From contig JBAZMP010000001.1 in assembly GCA_041649715.1 (NCBI GenBank), forward strand, positions 436,638-500,637: a stretch of DNA of 64,000 nt, read 5' to 3'. The notes under the pieces are model-generated. The model did not search any database and was not told where the DNA came from. It saw only the letters and a list, made by a program, of their open reading frames with translations. Within the stretch, counting starts at the first letter, position 1, and every line of letters starts with the position of its first letter. The DNA is from Patescibacteria group bacterium. Lineage in GTDB: Bacteria; Patescibacteriota; Patescibacteriia; JAXHNJ01. Positions 47,668 through 56,833 of the stretch are shown piece after piece. The position numbers and the translations under genes were made by a program.

Positions 47668-48498
47668 TTAAATCCTTTGTATTTTACTGTAGACTTTTTC
47701 AATCAGCCAGTTCGGAGTCGAAGCTCCGGCTGTAAGTCCGATGGTTTTTTTATTTTTAAACCAGTTTTTTCGCAGTCCTTTTTCGTCTTCAATTTGATAA
47801 GTCTTTGCATATTGCGAGCAGACCTCTTTTAGTTTTTTTGTGTTGGAACTTTCGTTACCGCCCACGACGATAACCAGATCGGATTTTATAGCCAGGATTT
47901 TAGCGGCGGCTTGTCTTTCCCGCGTTGCTTGACAGACCGTATCATATATTTTTATACTTGAACCCCTTTTTTTCAAAATATTAATAATTTCAGCCGTGAC
48001 TTTGACGTTGGAAGTGGTTTGGCAAATAATGCCTAATTTATCTGATTTTTTTATTTTTGAGAGGTCCTTTTCATTTGAAATGATAATTGGCGCCTTAAGG
48101 TTGGCGGCGATAGCGACAATTTCGGGATGGTTTTTTTGGCCGATTATGATTACCTTAAGTCCCGATTTTTCCAAAGAAAGGGCCAGGAGCTGGGATTTCT
48201 TGACATAAGGACAGGTCAGGTCTATTATCTTTAAACCCCTTTTTCTCCCTTTATTAATTATGTTTTCCGCGACGCCGTGGGCGCGGATAAAAATTTTATC
48301 CCCCTTTTTAGTTTTGGCGAAATCACTAATTGGACAAATGCCTTTCCGTTTAAACGCGCTTACCACCGCAGGATTATGGATGATCGGTCCTAAGGTAAAA
48401 GCACGCCCCTTATTTTTTTCCAATGCATTTATCGCTCTTTTGACTCCGAAACAAAAACCATACTTTTTCGCCAAAATAATATTTTTCATATAAGTCAA
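47668..48498 (-). CDS. ispH: 4-hydroxy-3-methylbut-2-enyl diphosphate reductase IspH/LytB.
   Basis: YGFCFGVKRAI N-terminal motif and conserved Cys triad positions, 276 aa. Confidence 0.9.
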   Translation of the reverse strand: MTYMKNIILAKKYGFCFGVKRAINALEKNKGRAFTLGPIIHNPAVVSAFKRKGICPISDFAKTKKGDKIFIRAHGVAENIINKGRKRGLKIIDLTCPYVKKSQLLALSLEKSGLKVIIIGQKNHPEIVAIAANLKAPIIISNEKDLSKIKKSDKLGIICQTTSNVKVTAEIINILKKRGSSIKIYDTVCQATRERQAAAKILAIKSDLVIVVGGNESSNTKKLKEVCSQYAKTYQIEDEKGLRKNWFKNKKTIGLTAGASTPNWLIEKVYSKIQRI

Positions 48499-48711
48499 TA
48501 TTATATTAATGTCGTGTTAAAGTCAATATATTTGCTAAAATTAGCCAAAAAGTACCAAAGTTAAAATTATATTCTCGAGTGAAATTGACAAAGTAAATAT
48601 CACGTGATAATATAAAACATGTTGCTCAAGACTTAAGACAGCAGTGATATATTAATTGGGTGTTTGTCTGTGCCAAATTTTAAGTCTTGAAGGGCACAGA
48701 TTTTTTTAAAT

Positions 48712-48960
48712 ATGAACGATCAAGCGAAAAAAATAGACATCAAGACCAATAAAAAGGGTTTTTTGGAAATAAGGGCAAAGGTAATAGAACTTTTGCCTTC
48801 GACCACCTTTAAGGTTGAGGCAGAAAACGGTCATGAAATATTAGCCTATCTTTCCGGTAAAATGCGTTTGCACCATATCCATATTTTACCCGGAGACACC
48901 GTCTTGTTGGAAATTTCACCCTATGATTTAAAACGTGGTCGCATAACTTATCGTTTTTAA
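48712..48960 (+). CDS. infA: Translation initiation factor IF-1.
   Basis: S1-like fold sequence ...[13 protein letters not shown]...ILPGD.V..E.SPYDL.KGRI. Confidence 0.9.
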   Translation: MNDQAKKIDIKTNKKGFLEIRAKVIELLPSTTFKVEAENGHEILAYLSGKMRLHHIHILPGDTVLLEISPYDLKRGRITYRF

Positions 48961-48963
48961 TTT

Positions 48964-49077
48964 ATGAAAGTTAGAGCCTCAGTAAAAATCAGATGTAAAA
49001 ACTGCAAAGCGGTCCGCCGTAAAAAAAGAATTTACATCATTTGTTCAAATCCCAAGCACAAACAAAGGCAAGGATAA
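48964..49077 (+). CDS. rpmJ: 50S ribosomal protein L36 (rpmJ) with an apparent -1 frameshift in an A6 run at 49021-49026.
   Basis: Frame 0 reads [21 protein letters not shown] and then drifts. The canonical C-terminus [16 protein letters not shown] stop is encoded in the -1 frame, beginning at 49026. One additional A would restore an intact 37 aa L36. Confidence 0.6.
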   Translation: MKVRASVKIRCKNCKAVRRKKRIYIICSNPKHKQRQG

Positions 49078-49083
49078 ATTATT

Positions 49084-49476
49084 ATGGCTGTAAGAATTGC
49101 CGGAATAACCCTTCCGCAAAATAAAAGAATAGAAATCGCTTTAACCTATATTTTTGGTATTGGTCCCTCTTTATCCAAAAAAACTTTAAAAGAACTGGGA
49201 ATTAATCCGGATACAAGAACACAGAATTTAAGCGAGGAAGAGATAAACAAAGTGAGGAATGTAATTGAAAAAAAATATCGAGTCGAAGGCGAACTTCGGC
49301 GCGAGATAGTTATGAATATAAAAAGATTAAGGGAAATCGGCACCTATCGAGGTAGCCGACACACTAAAAATTTGCCCGTCCGCGGCCAAAGAACAAAGAC
49401 TAATTCCCGCACCGTTCGGGGAAATGTGAGAAAAACCATGGGTTCGGGTCGTAAAGCGGCCGCGGAAAAAACGTAA
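49084..49476 (+). CDS. rpsM: 30S ribosomal protein S13.
   Basis: [28 protein letters not shown]-terminus. Confidence 0.95.
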   Translation: MAVRIAGITLPQNKRIEIALTYIFGIGPSLSKKTLKELGINPDTRTQNLSEEEINKVRNVIEKKYRVEGELRREIVMNIKRLREIGTYRGSRHTKNLPVRGQRTKTNSRTVRGNVRKTMGSGRKAAAEKT

Positions 49477-49492
49477 TTTAAATTGGCTTATT

Positions 49493-49879
49493 ATGAGCAT
49501 TAAGGAAAGAAAGAAAAAGAAAACCAAAAAGTATGTGCCACAGGGAAGGGCTTATATCATGTCCACTTATAACAATACTATGGTTACGCTTACTGATTCG
49601 AAAGGGGATGTCCTGGCTTCTTCCTCGGCTGGCCAGGTCGGTTTTAAAGGGCCGAAAAAATCCACTCCCTTTGCGGCCGGAATAATCGTAAGAAACGTGA
49701 TTGAGAAGGTAAGTGATTACGGCCTCAAGAGCGTCGAAGTTTTTGTTAAAGGGGTTGGTTCGGGCCGCGAAGCAGCCGTACGGGCCCTCTATAGCAATGG
49801 TCTGAATATTCTTTCGATAAAAGACCTGACCCCTATTCCGCATAACGGCCCAAGGCCTAAAAAAGTAAGGAGAGTCTAA
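49493..49879 (+). CDS. rpsK: 30S ribosomal protein S11.
   Basis: Conserved S11 core ...NNTMVTLTD.KG..L...SAG..GFKG.KKSTPFAA.... Confidence 0.95.
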   Translation: MSIKERKKKKTKKYVPQGRAYIMSTYNNTMVTLTDSKGDVLASSSAGQVGFKGPKKSTPFAAGIIVRNVIEKVSDYGLKSVEVFVKGVGSGREAAVRALYSNGLNILSIKDLTPIPHNGPRPKKVRRV

Positions 49880-49891
49880 ATCATAACTCAT

Positions 49892-50518
49892 ATGTTGCGC
49901 GAACAAGTGTGTAAAAAATGTCGCCGGGCTGGAGAGAAGCTTTTTCTAAAAGGCGAAAGATGTAATTCGCCTAAATGCGCTATGGTGAAGAGAAATTACC
50001 CGCCGGGTATCCACGGGCAAAAGGGCTATTCCCGGATGTCCGGATTTGCCGTCCATCTCAAAGAAAAACAGAAAATAAGGTATATCTACGGCCTTACAGA
50101 AACACAGCTGGCGAACTACATGAGAAAAGCGCTTAAGAAAAAGGGTAATACCAGCGAACTTTTTTTGCAAAGTCTGGAAAGACGTTTTGACAATATCGTA
50201 TTTCGTTTAGGCTTCGCCCGATCAAGGGCGGAAGCAAGAAAAACGATAACTCATGGGCATTTCTTGATTAACGACAAAAAAGTCAATATTCCTTCCTATC
50301 TTTTGCGGCCTAAGGATAAGATCACCCTTGCGGCAAAAAGCGCTAAAAATAAATTGTTCAGCGAGATCTTAAAGTCCGCCGACAAGCAAAAAACTGCCGA
50401 TTGGCTAAGCTTCGACAAAACAAGCCATCAGGGCGAGGTTTTGCATCTGCCGACGCAAAAGGATCTTAATCTCGGTTTTCAAACCCAGTTGGTCGTTGAA
50501 TTTTATTCTAATGGTTAA
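49892..50518 (+). CDS. rpsD: 30S ribosomal protein S4 with an N-terminal zinc ribbon.
   Basis: CKKCRRAGEKLFLKGERCNSPKC plus the S4 domain. Confidence 0.9.
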   Translation: MLREQVCKKCRRAGEKLFLKGERCNSPKCAMVKRNYPPGIHGQKGYSRMSGFAVHLKEKQKIRYIYGLTETQLANYMRKALKKKGNTSELFLQSLERRFDNIVFRLGFARSRAEARKTITHGHFLINDKKVNIPSYLLRPKDKITLAAKSAKNKLFSEILKSADKQKTADWLSFDKTSHQGEVLHLPTQKDLNLGFQTQLVVEFYSNG

Positions 50519-50542
50519 TTTTTAATATCATATAAGAAAAAT

Positions 50543-51379
50543 ATGGAAAACATTTCCCTACCCAGTAAAATAGAAACGCAAAAAATAGACGCCAACACAA
50601 CGAAGTTTATTTTTGAGCCTCTTTATCCGGGTTACGGGATGACGGTAGGCAACGCGTTGCGCCGGGTATTGCTTTCATCTCTGCCGGGTGCCGCGGTACA
50701 AGCTGTAAAGATTAAAGGCGTTGATCACGAATTTTCTACCATCCCAAATGTTAAAGAGGATGTCGTGAGTATACTTTTAAATTTAAAGCAACTGCGTTTT
50801 AAGTTTCACGGCGATGAGCCAGTGGTTCTTAGCCTTAAAGCAAAAGGAGAAAAACAAGTGACCGCGGCTGATATAAAGCCAACAGCCGAGGTGGAAGTGG
50901 TTAATGGCAAGCAGCATATCGCAGTATTAACGGATAAAGCCGCCATACTGGAAATGGACATTACCGTGGGTCCCGGACGCGGTTATGTTCCCGTTGAAAT
51001 GCGCGAAAAGGAGGTTTTGGATATCGGTACAATCGCTATCGACGCCATCTATACTCCGATAAAAAACGTGAATTTTACCATTGAAAATGTGCGTGTTGAA
51101 CAAATGACGAATTATGACCGTTTAATTCTGGAGATAGCGACCGATGGAACGATCTCGGCCGAACAGGCTTTAAAGATGGCCGCCCAGACTTTATTGGAAC
51201 ATTTTGAATTTGTAAAAAACCTTAAGTCTTCCAAAGCAGACGAGAGTGCCGCGGAAAAATCAAAAACGAAAAAAGAGGAGAAGGAAATAGCCGCCGCTCC
51301 CACCGATAAGGAGGGGGAAAAAGAGAAGGTTGTTAAGAAAAAAAGAGGACGTCCTAAAAAAGCAGAAGACATCACTTAA
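50543..51379 (+). CDS. rpoA: DNA-directed RNA polymerase alpha subunit, 278 aa. The canonical alpha-CTD is missing and the protein ends in a K/E-rich tail with an AT-hook-like RGRP.
   Basis: The alpha-NTD dimerisation domain is conserved. The C-terminal roughly 50 aa (KSSKADESAAEKSKTKKEEKE...KKKRGRPKKAEDIT) are low-complexity and not the helix-hairpin-helix alpha-CTD fold. Confidence 0.85.
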   Translation: MENISLPSKIETQKIDANTTKFIFEPLYPGYGMTVGNALRRVLLSSLPGAAVQAVKIKGVDHEFSTIPNVKEDVVSILLNLKQLRFKFHGDEPVVLSLKAKGEKQVTAADIKPTAEVEVVNGKQHIAVLTDKAAILEMDITVGPGRGYVPVEMREKEVLDIGTIAIDAIYTPIKNVNFTIENVRVEQMTNYDRLILEIATDGTISAEQALKMAAQTLLEHFEFVKNLKSSKADESAAEKSKTKKEEKEIAAAPTDKEGEKEKVVKKKRGRPKKAEDIT

Positions 51380-51382
51380 AAA

Positions 51383-51730
51383 ATGAAACATCTTAAGAAA
51401 AATAAAGTCGTCAGCGGCAAGAGGAGTTATCAAAAGCAAGTCCAGTCTAGCTTGATCGCCAGTTTAATTATGCGGGATAAGATCGTCACTAATTTAAGCA
51501 GGGCAAAAGTTTTGCGCTCTGCCGCCGAAAAATTAATAACTCAGGCCAAAAAAAACAACTTAGCCTCCCGGCGCTTGATCTTAAAAGTCGTGCCGCCAAA
51601 AGAGGCGGATAAGTTAATTACGGTTATCGCCCCTCGTTATCGCGAAAAAAAAGGTGGCTATCTTCGTCTTTCCCGCTTGAAAAATCGGTTCGGTGATAAC
51701 GCGCCGCAAGCCGTAATCGAGTTTACCTAA
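51383..51730 (+). CDS. rplQ: 50S ribosomal protein L17.
   Basis: Follows rpoA, as in the conserved alpha operon. Basic 115 aa protein with an L17-like N-terminus. Confidence 0.85.
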   Translation: MKHLKKNKVVSGKRSYQKQVQSSLIASLIMRDKIVTNLSRAKVLRSAAEKLITQAKKNNLASRRLILKVVPPKEADKLITVIAPRYREKKGGYLRLSRLKNRFGDNAPQAVIEFT

Positions 51731-51733
51731 ACT

Positions 51734-52096
51734 ATGAAATCAAAAACTTTATCTTCTAAAATTACCATCGATGCGGCCGGACAGTCCCTTGGACGTGTGG
51801 CGAGCCAAATAGCGCAGGTTCTTTCCGGGAAAAATCGACCCAGCTATCAGCCAAATAAACTATCCGGTCAAATGGTCGAGGTAATTAACGCCTCGAAAAT
51901 AAAGCTGACTGCCGCTAAGCTTTACCAAAAAAAGTATTTTCATTTTTCAGGTTATCCCGGTGGGTTAAAAACCACCTATCTAAGTGAGTTATGGGCCAAA
52001 GATCCCGCCTCTGTATTGAGAAGAACTGTCTTAAGGATGGTTCCGCGTAATAGGTTGCGAAAAGAAAAAATGAAAACTTTAACGATTAATAATTAG
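51734..52096 (+). CDS. rplM: 50S ribosomal protein L13.
   Basis: ...DAAGQSLGRVASQIA..L.GK.. matches the L13 N-terminal motif. Order rplM-rpsI. Confidence 0.8.
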   Translation: MKSKTLSSKITIDAAGQSLGRVASQIAQVLSGKNRPSYQPNKLSGQMVEVINASKIKLTAAKLYQKKYFHFSGYPGGLKTTYLSELWAKDPASVLRRTVLRMVPRNRLRKEKMKTLTINN

Positions 52097-52100
52097 GAAA

Positions 52101-52568
52101 ATGCCAAAAAAAACCCGCAAAAAAGCAATTAAAGAGGTCAAAGAAAAAATAGACGACTCGGCCGTTAAAAATATTAAAAGGACCTATCTTATTGGTTTGG
52201 GTCGCCGTAAAGCATCCGTCGCCAGAGTGAGGTATTATAAAAAAGGGGAAAACGAAATTTTGATAAATAACAAACAATATCAGCAATATTTCCCTTATTT
52301 TGAGTTTCAAAATATCGTTAGACAGCCAATAGAAAAAATTGGCTTTAAGGAATTGGGCCAGTTTAATATAAGAGTGGCGGGCGGCGGAAAAAGAGGCCAG
52401 GCGGAGAGCATTCGCCTGGGCATTGCCCGCGTCTTGATCCAAATTGATAAAAGTTGGCGAAAAATTCTTAAAGCGGAAGGATATTTAAAGCGTGACCCTC
52501 GTGAAAAAGAAAGAAAGAAACCCGGCCTGAAAAGAGCGAGACGCGCCCCCCAGTGGCAAAAAAGATAA
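52101..52568 (+). CDS. rpsI: 30S ribosomal protein S9.
   Basis: GGGKRGQAESIRLGIARVL and a C-terminal ...RRAPQWQKR. Confidence 0.9.
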   Translation: MPKKTRKKAIKEVKEKIDDSAVKNIKRTYLIGLGRRKASVARVRYYKKGENEILINNKQYQQYFPYFEFQNIVRQPIEKIGFKELGQFNIRVAGGGKRGQAESIRLGIARVLIQIDKSWRKILKAEGYLKRDPREKERKKPGLKRARRAPQWQKR

Positions 52569-52584
52569 ATTTTTATTTAAAATT

Positions 52585-54042
52585 TTGGCTACGACTGTCA
52601 AAGAAAATAGACTCTCTTTTAACACTTTATTTTTGACCGTCGCCTACACGTTGCAAAAAGTAATCTCTTTTGGTTACTTTATTTATTATGCCCGTTTTAT
52701 CGGTTATGTCGGCACGGGGAAATTCACTTTCGCGGTTTCTTTCGCCACCGTATTTGGTATCTTAGTGGATCTGGGTTTAAGCCCGGTCCTTATTCGGGAA
52801 GTGGCGCGCGTCAAGGAAAAGGCCGAAGACTATCTTTCGGCGGTTTTTACGATTAAAATATTTTTTGCCTTTATTGCTCTATTGGCGATTTTTATCGGCA
52901 TAAACCTGCTTGATTATCCTTCTGAAACAAAAAACTTAGTCTATTTTGCCGCCTTGGTCATGATTTTTGAATCATTTACCTTAAGTTTGTACGGCGTCTT
53001 CCGCGGTCTGCAAAACCTGAAGTATGAGGCCATCGGCACGGTCATTTACCAATTTTTGGTTTTGCTTTCCGGTGTGATCGGTTTTCAAATAACCCACCAA
53101 ACCATTGTTTTGGGCCTCGCGATCGTGATCGGCGCGATGGGTAATTTTAGCTATGCACTTATTAATATATTAAGAAAAACTGACGCGCGGCCCCGATTTA
53201 AATTAAATTTTGAGGTGATGAGGAGTCTGCTAAAAATGGCCATGCCGTTTTTTTTAGCCGGCATTTTCACAAAAATTTACGCTTATATTGATATTCTTTT
53301 GCTCTCGTTTCTTAAAAAAGCGGATAACGGCGATCAATATGTCGGATGGTATTCCGTGGCCTATAAACTGACATATGCCATTCAATTTATTCCCATCGCC
53401 ATCAACAACAGCGTTTATCCCGCTCTTTCTTCCCTGTATGTAAAATCAAAGGAGTTAATGGCGATGACGATAGAGAACGCATTTCGATATTTGATAATTA
53501 TCAGTATCCCGATTTCTCTAGGAGCATTTGTTTATGCGGATAAAATCACAATTTTATTGACAAAGCAATATGCCAACGCCATACCCGCCTTCCGTATCTC
53601 TATCCTCGGCTTGATTTTTATTTTTCTTAATTTCATATTGGGATCGGTGTTGAACGCCTGTAATAAACAGATTCAGTATACTATCAATTTGGGTTTGACG
53701 GTCGTGGTTAACATAGTGGCTAATTTGATCTTGATTCCCAGGTTTAACCACGTTGGTGCCTCTATTGCCGCTTTTTTGAGCGCTTTTTTCTTGTTTATAA
53801 TCAGCTATTACCGGGCCAATCGTTTGGTAAAATTAAACAAAATTAAGATTCTCAAATGGTTTATTAAAGCTCTAGCGGCCTCGCTTATAATGATTTTTGT
53901 CACGTATTTTTTCAAATCCTATGTGAGGTTTTATTACCTTGCTCCTTTGGGAGCCATACTTTATGTCATTTTTTTATTTATTGTCGGGGGAATAAAACGG
54001 GCGGATATTATTGAATTCTCCCGATCTCTTAGGAAAAAGTGA
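52585..54042 (+). CDS. Polysaccharide/oligosaccharide flippase (MOP superfamily, Wzx-like).
   Basis: 485 aa, about 14 TM, polysaccharide-biosynthesis-protein-like composition, at the head of a glycosyltransferase cluster. Confidence 0.7.
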   Translation: MATTVKENRLSFNTLFLTVAYTLQKVISFGYFIYYARFIGYVGTGKFTFAVSFATVFGILVDLGLSPVLIREVARVKEKAEDYLSAVFTIKIFFAFIALLAIFIGINLLDYPSETKNLVYFAALVMIFESFTLSLYGVFRGLQNLKYEAIGTVIYQFLVLLSGVIGFQITHQTIVLGLAIVIGAMGNFSYALINILRKTDARPRFKLNFEVMRSLLKMAMPFFLAGIFTKIYAYIDILLLSFLKKADNGDQYVGWYSVAYKLTYAIQFIPIAINNSVYPALSSLYVKSKELMAMTIENAFRYLIIISIPISLGAFVYADKITILLTKQYANAIPAFRISILGLIFIFLNFILGSVLNACNKQIQYTINLGLTVVVNIVANLILIPRFNHVGASIAAFLSAFFLFIISYYRANRLVKLNKIKILKWFIKALAASLIMIFVTYFFKSYVRFYYLAPLGAILYVIFLFIVGGIKRADIIEFSRSLRKK

Positions 54043-55849
54043 TATGAAAAAATCACTTCTTATTACATATTTTTTCCCGCCGAAACTAGGAGGTATTGAA
54101 AACTATTTTAAAAACCTCTGTTTAAATCTGCCGCCCGATAAAATAGTTGTCTTAGCGGAACCGGCCGAAAATGCGGAGGATATAGATAAAGCTTTTCCGT
54201 TCAAGGTTATTAGAAATAAATTATTCCCTTGGCCGCAAATAAAGCCTTCTTGGCTGCCTTTGTTTTTTACTTTAAAAAAGATAATTAAAAAGGATCAAAT
54301 CGAGCTATTGCAATTCGGTCATTACTCGAATCTGGTTACTCTTGGCTGGTTATTAAAAAAAATATCCGGCTTACCCTATATCGTTTATACCCACGGTGTT
54401 GATACGTTGCTGCCCCAAAACAGCAATTTTCAAAAAAACTTGATGAGACGTAATTTGATAAATGCCGACTGGGTGATTGCCAACAGCCAGTACATGAAAA
54501 AAAGGCTGACTGATTTTGGGCTAAATAAAAGTAAAATAGTCGTCGTCTATCCTTCTTTGCCAAATGACTATTTTACGGAAGTTAGCGGACAAGAAGCTTT
54601 AGAGGATAAATATGGACTAAAAAATCATAAAGTAATTCTCACCGTAGGGCATCTAATTGAAAGAAAGGGACAAGATGACGTTATTAAATCTTTACCGTCA
54701 ATTATAAAGGTCTATCCGGAGCTTAAATATCTGATGGTTGGTGAGGGACCTTACCGTAAAAATTTGGAAGATTTAGCCTCGAAACTCGGAGTTCGGGAAA
54801 ATGTCATCTTTACCGGGCCGATTGAGGACCGGCTAGAACTAAAGTTGCCTTTTTATAAAGCCGCCGATCTATTCGTTATGCCAACGCGTGAATTGGAGGG
54901 CGGAAAAAATGTCGAGAGTTTCGGCATTGTTTATTTAGAGGCACAGGGGGCCGGATGTCCGGTCATCGCTTCAAATATCGGAGGAGCGCCCGAGACCATG
55001 GTGCCGGATGAAACAGGATTGCTGGTGGAGCCTGGGCGTATTAAAGATCTAAGCGATACGATTCTTAAATTACTGGCCGATGAATCAAGGCGGCATTCAA
55101 TGGGAGAAAAGGCGAAGAAATGGGTTAGACAAGCCTTTAGCTGGCCTCATCAAGCTCGGAAAGTCGCTTTTTTATTGGAATCAAACGCGATTTCTAAAAA
55201 ATTGCCAAATCAGTCGGGCGTAAGCCTTATTATTCCCGTGTACCAGGTAGAAGACACGCTAAAAAAATGCCTGGCCAGCATTTTTAACCAAACTTTTAAA
55301 GATTTTGAAATAATTGCCGTAAACGATGGGTCAACAGATAAAGGACCTCAAGTATTAGATAAATATAAAGATAGCTTAACCATCATTAACCAAGATAATA
55401 GGGGAGCGGCCGCGGCCAGGAACACCGGCGCGGCCAGGGCTAACGGCAAATATATTTTCTTTTGCGATGCCGATGTCGTATTAAAGCCCACGGCCTTAGA
55501 AAAAATGGTCAAGGTGTTAGAAATAAATCCTCAAATATCATTTTGTTATTGCGCTTTTCGTTTCGGCTGGCGGAGTTTTAAGGCTCTGCCATATTCTAAA
55601 GAGCGATTAAAAAAATATAATTATATTTCCACCATGACTCTTTTGCGAAGAGATGATTTCCCGGGCTTTGACGAAAAGCTAAAACGTTTCCAAGATTGGG
55701 ATTTATGGCTAACGTTGGCCAAAAAAAATAAGAATGGCATCTCTCTGGACGAAACTTTATTCACGGCCCCCATGAGGGCGGGCGGAATTAGCCGTCAAAT
55801 AGAGAAAGAAGAAGCAATGAAAGTCATAATAAACAAGCATCATTTATGA
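54011..55849 (+). CDS. Bifunctional glycosyltransferase: N-terminal GT4 (GT-B) fused to C-terminal GT2 (GT-A). The likely start is MKKSLL at about 54044.
   Basis: N-terminal half has the GT4 EX7E-like region (GIVYLEAQGAGCPVIAS). C-terminal half has VSLIIPVYQVEDTLKKCLASIFNQTF...AVNDGSTD and a DxD. Confidence 0.75.
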   Translation: MNSPDLLGKSDMKKSLLITYFFPPKLGGIENYFKNLCLNLPPDKIVVLAEPAENAEDIDKAFPFKVIRNKLFPWPQIKPSWLPLFFTLKKIIKKDQIELLQFGHYSNLVTLGWLLKKISGLPYIVYTHGVDTLLPQNSNFQKNLMRRNLINADWVIANSQYMKKRLTDFGLNKSKIVVVYPSLPNDYFTEVSGQEALEDKYGLKNHKVILTVGHLIERKGQDDVIKSLPSIIKVYPELKYLMVGEGPYRKNLEDLASKLGVRENVIFTGPIEDRLELKLPFYKAADLFVMPTRELEGGKNVESFGIVYLEAQGAGCPVIASNIGGAPETMVPDETGLLVEPGRIKDLSDTILKLLADESRRHSMGEKAKKWVRQAFSWPHQARKVAFLLESNAISKKLPNQSGVSLIIPVYQVEDTLKKCLASIFNQTFKDFEIIAVNDGSTDKGPQVLDKYKDSLTIINQDNRGAAAARNTGAARANGKYIFFCDADVVLKPTALEKMVKVLEINPQISFCYCAFRFGWRSFKALPYSKERLKKYNYISTMTLLRRDDFPGFDEKLKRFQDWDLWLTLAKKNKNGISLDETLFTAPMRAGGISRQIEKEEAMKVIINKHHL

Positions 55850-56733
55850 GGGATCAAAGTAAAATCGAATTATCGGTTATTATTGTCTCCTGGAATACCG
55901 GTCGTCTAATAGAAAATTGTCTCAAATCAATTTATAAGACGGTAAGCCACATAGATTTTGAAATTATCGTCATTGACAATAATTCCTCTGATAATACGGT
56001 TCAGATGATAGAAAAGAATTTTCCCAACATTATTTTGATCAAAAATAATTCAAATCTTGGCTTTGCCTCGGCTAATAATCAGGGAATTGCTCGGGCGAAA
56101 GGTGATTTTCTACTGCTCTTGAACCCGGATACTATACTGCTTTCAAATTCCATCCCGCCTTCTTTAGAAGAACTAAAAAAAGACCATAAAATCGCCGTTT
56201 TGGGCGCAAAAATCCTAAATCCTGATTTAAGCCTGCAGCCATCTTGTCGGCGATTTCCCGATCTAGCCTCACAGATACTGATACTTTTAAAAATTCATAA
56301 TTTGTTCCCTCATCTTAGACCTTTGAAAAAGTATTTAATGTCGGATTGGCCGCATAATGAAAAACGAGAAGTCGATCAAGTGATGGGCGCTTATTTTCTG
56401 ACAAAACGAGAAATTATTGAAGAAGCCGGGGTATTAGACGAAAAATACAAGCTATATTTTGAAGAAGTGGATTTTTGCTATCGGGTTAAACAAATGGGCT
56501 ATAAAGTGGTCTTTTTTCCAGAGGCTAAAATCATTCATTATCAGGGGGAAAGCTTTAAACAAGTGCGTGGCCTAAAATCTCAAATCTATTGGAACAACAG
56601 TTTAAGACGCTATTTTAAAAAATATGGTCGTCCCTTCCAATACTCTTTCTTAACTATTCTTTATCCGATCAGCATATTTTTGGCTTTGATCGTGCAAGTC
56701 TTAATAAAACTTAAAATTATCGCCAAAAAATAG
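55846..56733 (+). CDS. Family 2 glycosyltransferase.
   Basis: LSVIIVSWNTGRLIENCLKSI...VIDNNSSDNT. Confidence 0.8.
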   Translation: MRDQSKIELSVIIVSWNTGRLIENCLKSIYKTVSHIDFEIIVIDNNSSDNTVQMIEKNFPNIILIKNNSNLGFASANNQGIARAKGDFLLLLNPDTILLSNSIPPSLEELKKDHKIAVLGAKILNPDLSLQPSCRRFPDLASQILILLKIHNLFPHLRPLKKYLMSDWPHNEKREVDQVMGAYFLTKREIIEEAGVLDEKYKLYFEEVDFCYRVKQMGYKVVFFPEAKIIHYQGESFKQVRGLKSQIYWNNSLRRYFKKYGRPFQYSFLTILYPISIFLALIVQVLIKLKIIAKK

Positions 56734-56833
56734 GCGATATTCAAGGGGTTTACTGACGCCCATCCCTTTAGTTTTTTTGTTTGTCATAAGTCGCGGAAAA
56801 TGCTATAATTTCTTCTTACATTAAGTAAAAATA

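Noticed and set aside
47653-47685. Hairpin CAAAGGAT...ATCCTTTG between alaS and ispH, as a shared terminator.
   Set aside because: The stem overlaps the last codons of ispH on the minus strand. It may still act as a terminator for alaS, but the overlap makes the call uncertain, so it is not listed as a feature.
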